This document shows positions 1 through 8,674 of a stretch of 57,308 nucleotides of DNA, piece by piece. The notes beneath the pieces are model-generated. The model had not been told where the DNA came from and made no database searches. It was given only the letters and a program-made list of their open reading frames with translations. The stretch comes from Alphaproteobacteria bacterium (GTDB lineage: Bacteria > Pseudomonadota > Alphaproteobacteria > UBA2966 > CAIVPW01), in NCBI GenBank assembly GCA_018658465.1, contig JABHVE010000016.1, positions 1-57,308 of the forward strand, read 5' to 3'. A program made the position numbers and the translations under genes. Position 1 is the stretch's first letter, and each line of letters opens with the position of its first letter.

Positions 1-528
1 CGAGGGTTCGGCGCGTTTTCAGAATGGGTTCGAATGGCGTCCGAAGCTCGTCGGGGAACGTGCCCAATTCATGGATATGCGGCAATAGGCCCCGACGCTG
101 AACTAGTTTCTGAAGCGGACGAAACAAAATCCTTTGGACCGGGGTCTGCGTTCGACGCCATGCACCAGGCCGGGTTTTCACTGCTACTTTTAGGATGCTC
201 ATTTCAACAGGGCGCGACCTTCGTGCACCATGTGGAATCGAATGTCGGTGTCCCATACCGGGAGTGGCTGAAATTGCCTCGCCAAATTCGCCAATCGGAT
301 GGCGGCATCCACAAAATCCAAGTCGACTACTACGCGCGGATGAATGGGACTCCGTGGCAACCCCATCTTCATGACCTGCAAGAAGAAATGATGAGGAAGG
401 ATCTGACGGTGTCAGTTGCTGCTCCTTACGGAACCAGTCATCTGATGCAATTGGATACCCTATACAAAACAACCAAAGCGATGCTTTCAGAAAATCCCCT
501 TGCGATGGTCATCAATGATCCAGCTTAG
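1..528 (+). CDS. AAC(3)-family (Antibiotic_NAT fold) N-acyltransferase; 5' end lies outside the window
   Basis: Frame 1 is open from nt 1, with no stop before the listed ATG at 34, so the gene is cut by the window edge. Segments SFGPGSAFDAM, LLLLGCSFQQGATFVHHVE and VPYREW resemble the conserved core of aminoglycoside 3-N-acetyltransferase-like enzymes. Stop is TAG 526-528. Confidence 0.65.
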   Translation, partial: RGFGAFSEWVRMASEARRGTCPIHGYAAIGPDAELVSEADETKSFGPGSAFDAMHQAGFSLLLLGCSFQQGATFVHHVESNVGVPYREWLKLPRQIRQSDGGIHKIQVDYYARMNGTPWQPHLHDLQEEMMRKDLTVSVAAPYGTSHLMQLDTLYKTTKAMLSENPLAMVINDPA

Positions 529-1981
529 CCCGACCGACCCTGTGGCTAGGCTGCTGGCCCATTGCCATGGGCAGCCCGATCATCCAGCCGTTGTTACCGA
601 AACTGAGACCGTGACATACGGCGAATTTGGCGATCGGGTGCGGCAATTTGCATCGGCTGTGGTGGGGGTTGGGGAAGCTCCAAAGGTGCTGATCCAGCTT
701 CCTCAGGGGGCGAACGCCTATGCAGCAATGTTCGGAGCGCTAATGGCCGGTGGATTTTATGCGCCGATCGATGTGGCGGCACCGCCGGCCCGTCGGCAAA
801 AAATTTTTGAAAGCTTTGGCCCGGACGTAGTGATCACCAAGGGAGAGCTGGAATCGAATGCTCCCGTGATCGATCCCTCCCAGATCGATCTTCCCGGCTT
901 AGAAGCTCCCAAAACACCACACGAATTGGCCTATGTGATCTTTACGTCGGGATCCACGGGGGAGCCAAAGGGCGTGAATATCCCACGGGATGGATTGGCC
1001 CACTATGCCGCCTGGGCTATCGACGCGATGGAGGTCACACCCGCCGATCGCTGGTCGCAGCATCCAAACATTGCCTTCGATCTTAGCGTGTTGGATATTT
1101 ATGGGGCATTGTGTGGCGGTGCGACTTTGTACCCGCTGATCTCTCAAAAGGATCGTTTATTCCCCGCCGATATGATCCGCCGGAACAAACTGACAATCTG
1201 GGATTCTGTCCCCAGCGTGATCGATTTAATGCAGCGCACAGGCCAAGTGGATGCTGAACACCTTTCATCATTACGGCTAGCCACGTTCTGCGGGGAACCG
1301 TTGCTTGGCGAACATTTAGACGCTCTGTTTGGCGCCCATGGGGCCCTGAACGTTCACAACACCTATGGCCCGACCGAAGCTACCGTTTCGTGCACACTGA
1401 TCGAATTGAATCAGGCAAATTACCGCGAAGCTATCGGCACCAGCGTGGCTTTGGGGGAGGCAATTCCAGGAATGGGTCTTCATCTTGTGGACGGACCGGA
1501 CGAAAACGAAGGTGAAATTGTTCTGTCCGGGCCCCAAGTTGCCAAAGGGTATTGGCAAGATGCGGAACGATCGAAAGCCGCATTCGTCGAGCTTGAAATC
1601 GATGGCAAACGCCACGCTGTGTACCGTACCGGTGACTGGGGCGCGTACCGGGGTGGTAATTTGTTTTTTGGCTCGCGAACCGACCGCCAAGTCAAGATCC
1701 ATGGCCACCGGCTGGAATTGGGGGAGGTCGACGCCGCCATGCGCGCATGCGGTGCAACATCTGCCTGCACCGTTCTGGCGGGTGGCGAATTGCATGGCTT
1801 CGTGGAAGGGATCCCACAGGCCGATATTGCTGGGTTTCGAAAAAAGCTCCAGGATCAGCTTCCGGCCTATGCTGTCCCGCGAGAATTGCATCCGACCGCG
1901 GCGTTACCGCGCAACGCCAACGACAAAATTGACTCTGGCGTTTTGACCCGCCAGGTAGAGCAAGAAATGGTGGGCCAATGA
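500..1981 (+). CDS. Stand-alone adenylation enzyme (AMP-dependent ligase, DltA/AlmE-like)
   Basis: Adenylation core motifs are present: AYVIFTSGSTGEPKGV, NTYGPTE, YRTGDWG, GSRTDRQVKIHGHRLELGEV and a C-terminal NANDKID lysine. Start is TTG 500 or, more likely, ATG 515. The stop overlaps the next start (ATGA at 1978-1981). Confidence 0.9.
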   Translation: MRWSSMIQLSPTDPVARLLAHCHGQPDHPAVVTETETVTYGEFGDRVRQFASAVVGVGEAPKVLIQLPQGANAYAAMFGALMAGGFYAPIDVAAPPARRQKIFESFGPDVVITKGELESNAPVIDPSQIDLPGLEAPKTPHELAYVIFTSGSTGEPKGVNIPRDGLAHYAAWAIDAMEVTPADRWSQHPNIAFDLSVLDIYGALCGGATLYPLISQKDRLFPADMIRRNKLTIWDSVPSVIDLMQRTGQVDAEHLSSLRLATFCGEPLLGEHLDALFGAHGALNVHNTYGPTEATVSCTLIELNQANYREAIGTSVALGEAIPGMGLHLVDGPDENEGEIVLSGPQVAKGYWQDAERSKAAFVELEIDGKRHAVYRTGDWGAYRGGNLFFGSRTDRQVKIHGHRLELGEVDAAMRACGATSACTVLAGGELHGFVEGIPQADIAGFRKKLQDQLPAYAVPRELHPTAALPRNANDKIDSGVLTRQVEQEMVGQ

Positions 1982-2253
1982 GCACAACCGACGATCACAG
2001 CGCAAACGAGGTTCGACGAATTGTTTTGAATTTCATCCAACCTGACTTAAAGCGGTTGGGTCTTGAAGCCGACCAAGTCAGCGACAAAACGGATTTGCTG
2101 GAACAAGGGATCGTCGATTCGTTCGGGTTTCTGGATTTGATCGGTGCAGTGGAAGACGGCCTTGGCCTGTCCCTTGACCTTGGTGGCCTTGATCCCGAAA
2201 AAATGGCCACGCTGGGCGGGTTGATTGGTGGGTTTCTCGACGGTGCCAAGTAA
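1978..2253 (+). CDS. Acyl/aminoacyl carrier protein (DltC-like, 91 aa)
   Basis: Small acidic protein with a phosphopantetheine-serine context, GIVDSFGFLDLIGAVE. It is translationally coupled (ATGA) to the adenylation enzyme. Confidence 0.8.
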   Translation: MSTTDDHSANEVRRIVLNFIQPDLKRLGLEADQVSDKTDLLEQGIVDSFGFLDLIGAVEDGLGLSLDLGGLDPEKMATLGGLIGGFLDGAK

Positions 2254-2266
2254 TCCACCACGCTTT

Positions 2267-3148
2267 GTGATCGTTGGGGATGGCAGTCCCGCCCAGGAAG
2301 CTGTGAAGTTTCTTGTAGGTGCTGAGGCGGCTATTTCGGCAGTGTTCACAACCTCGAAGGAAAGCCGCGGGCTAGTAAACTTTGTTGAAAGTAAAAACCT
2401 ACCCTGGTTTGAAAGCGAAACACTTAAGGACATCCATAATATTCCACCCCTCGCATTCGATGGGAATTGGCTGATCAATGCCTTTAGCCCGATCATCCTG
2501 CGCGCCGCCGTTCTTGATCGATTTGGCCCCCAAGCACTCAACCTTCACAATGGGCCGCTTCCTCAATATGCAGGCATAAACGTCACCCAGTGGGCGATCC
2601 GCAACGGAGAAAGCGACTCCGCTTGCACAATCCACGAAATGACAAAAAAAATTGACGGTGGCCCAATCGTTGCCACACGCACGTTTCCTATCGGGCTTGA
2701 GGAAACTGGCCTTGATGTTTTTCGCAACAGTATGAAAATCGGCGCCGCGCTCTTGGTCGATGTCCTGCAAATGATTCTGGATAAAAAGCCGCTCCAGTCG
2801 CACCCTCAGAGCGCTGAAAATCGCCGCGTCTACTCGATGAAGGAAGCAAAAAATTCGGTTCTTGATTGGGCACTTGATGCAGAACAAGTGCGGGATTTCA
2901 TTCGGGCCGCAGATTACCGGCCGATGCAATCGCCAACTTATCAAGCACAATGGAGACTGCCTGGTGGGGAGCTTGTTCAATTGTCCAGGGCTAAAGTTGT
3001 GACCGGAAGATCAGGTTCGACGGGGGAGGTTTTATCGATTGATGATCAGGGACCGACGATCATTTGTGGCAATAATGCCGTGAAAATTACAGCTGCGTAT
3101 CTCGGCGCAAAAAAATTGGACAGGGCTTCGTGGACAAAACTTCTTTGA
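2267..3148 (+). CDS. Formyltransferase-fold protein (Fmt/ArnA-N-like, N- and C-terminal domains)
   Basis: LNLHNGPLPQYAGINVTQWAI is a variant of the HxSLLPxxRG motif, followed by IHEMTKKIDGGPIV with the catalytic Asp context. The C-terminal part has an Fmt_C-like beta-barrel (GEVLSIDDQGPTIICGNNAVKI). The track ORF begins at TTG 2225, but GTG 2267 (MIVGDGSP) avoids overlap with the carrier protein gene. Confidence 0.7.
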   Translation: MIVGDGSPAQEAVKFLVGAEAAISAVFTTSKESRGLVNFVESKNLPWFESETLKDIHNIPPLAFDGNWLINAFSPIILRAAVLDRFGPQALNLHNGPLPQYAGINVTQWAIRNGESDSACTIHEMTKKIDGGPIVATRTFPIGLEETGLDVFRNSMKIGAALLVDVLQMILDKKPLQSHPQSAENRRVYSMKEAKNSVLDWALDAEQVRDFIRAADYRPMQSPTYQAQWRLPGGELVQLSRAKVVTGRSGSTGEVLSIDDQGPTIICGNNAVKITAAYLGAKKLDRASWTKLL

Positions 3149-4500
3149 GCGCAATCGGTTCCGCTTCGGGATCCGGCAAATCAATGCGGGATTTTTTGGT
3201 CGCGTTATGGCCCCTGCACCGCACTCTGAACAGTGACGACATGGAACGAGCGCTGGAAATGTGCGGCGAATTCGTCGCAGATTTGGGCGATCAGGTTCAA
3301 TTTCGAATGGAGCGATTCCGACCTGGCGAAGATGTTTATACCTGGTGGATCCCCGAGCGATACAAAGTTAACGAAGCTTGGCTAGAAATCGACGGTGAAC
3401 GCATTGCAGACTTCAAAGACAATCCCCTTCATCTGTTGTCGTATTCCGTACCAACGGTCATCGATGGGCGTCTTGGCGACATGCGTGATCACATTTGGTC
3501 CCGAGAAAAAAACCCTGACGCTATTCCGTGGGAATTCAAATACTACGATCGGTCATGGGGATTTTGTGTACGCCATAATGATCTAATGCGATTCCGTGAC
3601 GACGCAGTCGTAAAGGGCGTAATTGACGTTGAGTTTACCGACGAGGATTTTTGTATCGCAGATATTTTCTTGCCCGGTGAGTCCGATGAAGAAATGCTAT
3701 TTTTGACCAATATCTGCCATCCGATGCAGGTCAACGATTCTATATCCGGATTGGTGGTTGCCCTGGAAATGGTGCGGACACTGGCTGCCCGAAAAGACAG
3801 ACGTTATGGGCTCCGCGTTCTGATTGTCCCTGAAACGATTGGCACGATGGCGTGGCTGTCACGAAACGAGAAAATCGCTGCTCGCGCAAAATTCGCGTGG
3901 TTCTGTGAAATCATTGGTCACGATAATTCTTTCGCCCTGCAGCACTCTCGCCAAGAAACCTCGGCACTTATTGACCGAGCCTTTTTGTCAGTTTTGCGCG
4001 GGCATCGGGTGCACGGCGAAGAGCGAACAGGGGAATTTCGTAAGCTAGTTGCTAGCGATGAGATGATAACGAACGGCCCTGGATGGGACCTGCCGACGCC
4101 CTGCTTGAACCGGTGGCCATATGACGAATATCACACCAGCGATGACAACCCGGATATCATTTCCGAAGAAAATCTTAGTGAAACACTGGATGTCTTTATT
4201 GATCTTTGGGATGCGCTGGAAAAGAATTATTACCCCCGACGCACCTTTATTGGCCCCGTCATGTTATCTCGTTACGGCCTGTGGGTAGATTGGCGCGAAG
4301 ATCGCAGCTTGAATTTGGCAATCGATGACTTAATGTGCCTGCTGGAAGGTGATTTCTCAATCATCGATATCGCCCACCAACTCAGCCTGCCCGCAAGCAC
4401 CGTATTTTTCTACTTGAATCGATTTTTTGAAGCGGGACTGATAGAAAAGAGCCCAACACCGTGGGCGCAACAAGCTAGAACGGTTGGCGAAGAATTCTGA
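3130..4500 (+). CDS. Aminopeptidase-like (M28-like) DUF4910/COG4310 protein with C-terminal winged-helix
   Basis: Carries the EYHTSDDNPD metal-site-like motif typical of M28-like folds and the C-terminal DIAHQLSLPASTVFFYLNRFFEAGLIEK wHTH. An alternative ATG at 3184 (MRDFLVALWPLHRTL) looks like the usual family N-terminus. Confidence 0.6.
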   Translation: MDKTSLSAIGSASGSGKSMRDFLVALWPLHRTLNSDDMERALEMCGEFVADLGDQVQFRMERFRPGEDVYTWWIPERYKVNEAWLEIDGERIADFKDNPLHLLSYSVPTVIDGRLGDMRDHIWSREKNPDAIPWEFKYYDRSWGFCVRHNDLMRFRDDAVVKGVIDVEFTDEDFCIADIFLPGESDEEMLFLTNICHPMQVNDSISGLVVALEMVRTLAARKDRRYGLRVLIVPETIGTMAWLSRNEKIAARAKFAWFCEIIGHDNSFALQHSRQETSALIDRAFLSVLRGHRVHGEERTGEFRKLVASDEMITNGPGWDLPTPCLNRWPYDEYHTSDDNPDIISEENLSETLDVFIDLWDALEKNYYPRRTFIGPVMLSRYGLWVDWREDRSLNLAIDDLMCLLEGDFSIIDIAHQLSLPASTVFFYLNRFFEAGLIEKSPTPWAQQARTVGEEF

Positions 4501-4544
4501 CCGGCGCCGCCTCAGTCTCGTTTTAGATTTTCCGTAGTTTTTCA

Positions 4545-5567
4545 ATGAACTTATCTGCATCAATCAGCAAAGTTTGGTCGATACCCGAACGAATTCGCAA
4601 TCGCGGGAGAGCGCGACTGATGAACGAAATCGGATACCGCCGCATGGGGCTGCCCTTCAAAATGGTTCAATCCGCTATCCGCGGGGTTGGCATCGCTCTT
4701 CACCCATTAAATTATGCGTCTCGAAAGATCGGTAAGTCACAATTTCTAGCCGGCACCGCCCCGAGAAATCGTGTCGATCCCGATCTTGGATATAGGCCAA
4801 TTCCGATTGGGTCCCTGCCAGGGACTGATCGAATTAAGAAAATTTGCCAGCAACTTTACCGGGACGCAAAACCCACTTTGGAATCCCTGGGCGGGCGGTA
4901 TGGAATTAATCTTCTAACTAGCGATTTAGAAGTAGAAACAAGGGGCGAGCTAGATTTAAGAAAATTTCCCGAGCTGTTGGAGTTCGCTGTGAGCGACGAG
5001 GTTTTGGCCACCGTCGTGGACTATCTGGGAGAAATCCCAGTTCTGGCAGGCGTAGAGTTAGTCGTAACAACCCCAATGACTGAAAACGTCGGAAACAATT
5101 TTTACCATTTCGACAAACCATCACCCAAACAGCTTAAATTTTGGATGGCCATCGAGGACGTGGATGCGGGATCTGGTCCGCTAACCTTTCTCCCTGCGGA
5201 CGCGAGCAAGGAGGTCCGCCGAAAAACCGGGCATGTGACCGGTCGCCTGACAGACCAAGAAGTTTATGAAGCCGTGCCGGAATCCCAAAAAATCGAATTT
5301 CTTGGAAAAGCAGGCGAAGGTATGTGGGTGGACACTTGCCGATGCGTTCATTTCGGCAGCCGTACACGTGAACACAATCGTGTTTTGTTGATGCTGTCTT
5401 TTTTCACCAAATTTTGGTGGGCTGAACCCGGTCTGTATTTTAGCCCAACCCAATTCGATAACACACAGTTCAAAAACCACCGAGTGCAACAGCAGGTTTT
5501 GGAATTGATGGTAAACGGCCCCACAACGAACCGGTGGCTTTCCACTGTCGGCAACAAGGCCTCCTAG
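4545..5567 (+). CDS. Putative Fe(II)/2-oxoglutarate-dependent oxygenase (PhyH-like)
   Basis: An HxD motif (NFYHFDKP), then AIEDVDAGSGPLTFLPADAS, then a distal His/Arg (CRCVHFGSRTRE). This spacing is as in phytanoyl-CoA-dioxygenase-like enzymes. Assignment is from motifs only. Confidence 0.45.
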   Translation: MNLSASISKVWSIPERIRNRGRARLMNEIGYRRMGLPFKMVQSAIRGVGIALHPLNYASRKIGKSQFLAGTAPRNRVDPDLGYRPIPIGSLPGTDRIKKICQQLYRDAKPTLESLGGRYGINLLTSDLEVETRGELDLRKFPELLEFAVSDEVLATVVDYLGEIPVLAGVELVVTTPMTENVGNNFYHFDKPSPKQLKFWMAIEDVDAGSGPLTFLPADASKEVRRKTGHVTGRLTDQEVYEAVPESQKIEFLGKAGEGMWVDTCRCVHFGSRTREHNRVLLMLSFFTKFWWAEPGLYFSPTQFDNTQFKNHRVQQQVLELMVNGPTTNRWLSTVGNKAS

Positions 5568-5593
5568 GGCTTGGCCGAACCGAAGGCGCGTTA

Positions 5594-6328
5594 ATGGAAA
5601 AGGTGCTCAAGTGGCTCCGCGGGAGCCACAATTCTGTACGGTACCGCTTTATTGACCACCCACGCCAATGGGTCGAATACGTTCTGCTTTTTCGACTAAG
5701 GGGTAAAACCTGGGTCGATTTTTATGCCCATCGATTGGACCGCCCGGCTCGGGATACAGCCGACGAACCGATCCAAGAAGATTATCTTGAACGAGGCCGT
5801 GATTGGTTTGCGTACATCAAAGATCACGGGTTGCAGCCTGAGCACAAATTTCTTGATTATGGTTGCGGGGTTATGCGGATCGGCGTCCCCGTGATCAATT
5901 ATCTAGATCCTGGAAATTATGTTGGCTTGGATATTTCACCGGCACGCCTTGCTCGGGGTCATCGTCTTGCGGCAGAAAACGGGATCTCCGATGATCGCTA
6001 TCAGACCTTTGTGGTGGGCGATTGCAAATTGCTTGAACTCGGCGACCAGCGATTCGATTTCGTCTGGGCTTCTTCGGTTCTGAACCACATGCCAGACGCC
6101 GATATCTTAGAGATGCTGTCCGCCATGCGCGGACATATTTCGTCTACCGGGCAGTTTTTGTTTCAATACAACATGGGCGAAAAAAACCACCGTATCGGCA
6201 TCAAAGATTTCGTAGTCACTGGCGAAAAAATGCAGCGATGGTGCGAACAGGCGGGTTTCGTTTTTGAAAACCTGCCAAGCCATGATGGGACGTCCTATCA
6301 GTTGGTCCGCCTGACCGTTTCCTCATAA
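5594..6328 (+). CDS. Class I SAM-dependent methyltransferase
   Basis: Motif I is FLDYGCGVMRIG, followed by an acidic motif II (YVGLDIS) and motif IV-like FDFVWASSVLNHM. The track ORF starts at 5534; ATG 5594 (MEKVLKW) lies after the upstream stop. Confidence 0.8.
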   Translation: MEKVLKWLRGSHNSVRYRFIDHPRQWVEYVLLFRLRGKTWVDFYAHRLDRPARDTADEPIQEDYLERGRDWFAYIKDHGLQPEHKFLDYGCGVMRIGVPVINYLDPGNYVGLDISPARLARGHRLAAENGISDDRYQTFVVGDCKLLELGDQRFDFVWASSVLNHMPDADILEMLSAMRGHISSTGQFLFQYNMGEKNHRIGIKDFVVTGEKMQRWCEQAGFVFENLPSHDGTSYQLVRLTVSS

Positions 6329-6423
6329 GCACGGTGAACGGCAAGACCGGGCCATTCAATGGCCCCTAACTCCACACAAAAAAATTTCCAAGACAGACTT
6401 TCTTTAGAGGGTAGAAACACAGC

Positions 6424-7530
6424 GTGCCAACAATAATTATTACGTCAATGGGTGGGGCAGGGAGCAACAATCTTGTCGATACCCTGCGGTTAGTCGATGC
6501 AGACAAATCTAGCGACACAGAGAGGCACACAACGATTGGGACCCATGTTATTCCGATGGAGTTGGCGAAAGGTGAAGCTGATCACCAATATCTTGTTCCC
6601 TCGGCATCGGACGAAGCGGACTATGTTGCAGCCCACAAAAGAATCGCCGCGAAACACGACGCCGATGTCTTAATCGCCAACAGTGATGTGGAAGTCGCTG
6701 TCTGGAGCCGCCACAGGGAGGACATCCCCTGCAAGCACTTGATCCCGGACCCACAGGTTGTGGCCGGGGTCCAGGACAAGTTCGAATTCTCCCAACTATT
6801 GAAAAGACACGGATGCGACACAGTTCCCAATGCACCGATTACATCGATTGATTTGATTCCCGACGCTTTGGCAGAAATTCCCGCGGGCGAAAAATTTTGG
6901 ATCAGACGTCGGGGTGGTAGTGGGTCTGTAGGAGCCACCTGGTTGACCAGTGCCGATCAGGCAAAGAAATGGCTTGAGCTGTGGCAAGAAATGCGTGGAT
7001 TTCAAGCTGATGAATTTGTCGTAGCGCCATTTTTACCCGGTCGCGATTTTTGCGTCGCCACCCTTTGGCAGAACGGCGAATTTGCTGTTGGCAAAATTTA
7101 CGAACGACTGACCTATTGGGGGGCGCAGGGTTCCTTGTCCAGCATGGGATCTTCCCCGGATTGCGCCAGAACAGTCGCCGAGACATGGCCAATTGAGCAG
7201 GCGAAAAAGGCGATCCAAGCGGTATGTTCCGAATTTGGCACCCAGCCCCATGGATTCTACCAAGCAGACCTAAAATGTGCGGACGACAAAACCGCCTTGG
7301 TAACTGAAATCAATATTGGCCGCTTTCCGCAGACTTCCACCCACTTTGATCGGGTTGGGGAGTACAGAATGTTGGAGCTATATCTTCAACTGATCCTTGA
7401 TCCGGGCCAGAATTTGCCCCGGGATGTGCTTGACGTGGTTGCTGATCGATTCGTACTGCGCGGCATCGATATGCCGGTGAAACTCGTTGATAAGGCAACG
7501 CTGGATGCTTTCGAGGAAAATCGGATTTAA
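6424..7530 (+). CDS. ATP-grasp family amide ligase
   Basis: A glycine-rich loop (FWIRRRGGSGSVGATW) plus the late Mg/ATP motif ALVTEINIGRF, which is characteristic of ATP-grasp enzymes. Start is GTG at 6424. Confidence 0.7.
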   Translation: MPTIIITSMGGAGSNNLVDTLRLVDADKSSDTERHTTIGTHVIPMELAKGEADHQYLVPSASDEADYVAAHKRIAAKHDADVLIANSDVEVAVWSRHREDIPCKHLIPDPQVVAGVQDKFEFSQLLKRHGCDTVPNAPITSIDLIPDALAEIPAGEKFWIRRRGGSGSVGATWLTSADQAKKWLELWQEMRGFQADEFVVAPFLPGRDFCVATLWQNGEFAVGKIYERLTYWGAQGSLSSMGSSPDCARTVAETWPIEQAKKAIQAVCSEFGTQPHGFYQADLKCADDKTALVTEINIGRFPQTSTHFDRVGEYRMLELYLQLILDPGQNLPRDVLDVVADRFVLRGIDMPVKLVDKATLDAFEENRI

Positions 7531-8588
7531 TGCAATCAGGGCCACTAAGACTAACGGTCCACCGCCACCAATTTCGACTGCGAAACCCCTATGTCCTGTC
7601 CTTCGCAACTTTGGAACATATCGACACGTTTTACGTGACAGCAGAGCAAAACGGCGCGGTAGGGCACGGGGAGGTCACCCCCCTGCCAGGGTACAGTGAC
7701 GAAAGCGCAGGCTCCGTAATCGCCGCGTTGGAATTCATTGGCAAGAATGAGCCGACGGAGATCACTGAGATCACCGAATCCTTGAGCACAAGGGCACCAA
7801 TCCTGACCAGCGGGATTACTTGCGCCATCGAAACTCTTGACGATCAAGGGGCGTGGAACGGCCTTGAAAAACCAATTCCTTTGGCCGGGCTTTGTGCCGG
7901 CACCGCCCCCGAAGCAGCGGCAGCAGAGGCGCGGGAGCTCTGCAGTCAGGGATACAAAGCCCTGAAAATGAAAATTGGGGCCGATGGACTTGATCAAGAT
8001 CTCCAGCGCGTTCGATCGGTTGCACAGACAATTCCCGGTGGCGTGAATTTAAGCCTCGACGCCAACCAAGCCCTGTCCTTTGACGGGGCGATGAACCTGT
8101 GTGCAGGGATCGGAGATCTTCCTGTGAGTTTTGTTGAACAGCCCTTCGCCCCACAGGCTTGGGATCTCACCGCTGACCTTGCCACCGCCACCTCAGTCCC
8201 AATCATGATGGACGAGTCTATCTGGCATGCCGAGGACATCGCCCGCGCCAGCGCCGTCGGAGCAAAATTCGTAAAACTAAAGCTTTGCAAACATCGCGGA
8301 GCGAAAGACACACTGGCAATGATCGCTCTGGCATCCGACCAGGGCCTAGGCGTTGTGCTTGGTAACGGCGTGCAGTCTTCCCTTGGCAACCATCTTGAGG
8401 CAAAAATTTACGAAACAGCAAATCTATCAACCGCCGGCGAATTCAACGGATTCGCGAAATTCGACAGTCCTTGGATGCCTGACGGAATGTCGGTGGAAAA
8501 TGGCGCGTTGGTAGATGGTGGCATCGACCCGTCCTCGGTGTCCCAGCCCACCGACCAAAAAATTTTCCAAATTGATCTGCCGACCTAG
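7530..8588 (+). CDS. Enolase-superfamily enzyme, MLE subgroup (dipeptide epimerase / N-acylamino-acid racemase-like)
   Basis: KxK motif (YKALKMKIG), three metal ligands (LSLDANQAL, FVEQP, IMMDESI) and a second catalytic Lys (FVKLKLCKHRG). Its ATG shares one nucleotide with the upstream TAA (TAATG, 7528-7532). Confidence 0.85.
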   Translation: MQSGPLRLTVHRHQFRLRNPYVLSFATLEHIDTFYVTAEQNGAVGHGEVTPLPGYSDESAGSVIAALEFIGKNEPTEITEITESLSTRAPILTSGITCAIETLDDQGAWNGLEKPIPLAGLCAGTAPEAAAAEARELCSQGYKALKMKIGADGLDQDLQRVRSVAQTIPGGVNLSLDANQALSFDGAMNLCAGIGDLPVSFVEQPFAPQAWDLTADLATATSVPIMMDESIWHAEDIARASAVGAKFVKLKLCKHRGAKDTLAMIALASDQGLGVVLGNGVQSSLGNHLEAKIYETANLSTAGEFNGFAKFDSPWMPDGMSVENGALVDGGIDPSSVSQPTDQKIFQIDLPT

Positions 8589-8674
8589 CTTCCTTCCTAG
8601 GCCTGGGGCAGTATGGCTCTGGCCCGTTCACCAAATGGCCTCGGCCAAAATTCTCCAATATTGATGGTATTCCT

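Noticed and set aside
1-528. AAC(3)-family gene as an aminoglycoside-resistance determinant.
   Set aside because: It is the first visible gene of a sugar-tailoring operon and overlaps the next gene, and no mobile-element context is visible. A biosynthetic N-acyltransferase role is more likely than antibiotic resistance.
6349-6365. A perfect palindrome, GGGCCATT-C-AATGGCCC, in the 95-nt gap before the ATP-grasp gene, as an internal terminator.
   Set aside because: No T-tract follows on either strand, and the effective stem is short once a loop is allowed. It may be an RNA-processing or protein-binding site, but nothing supports that.
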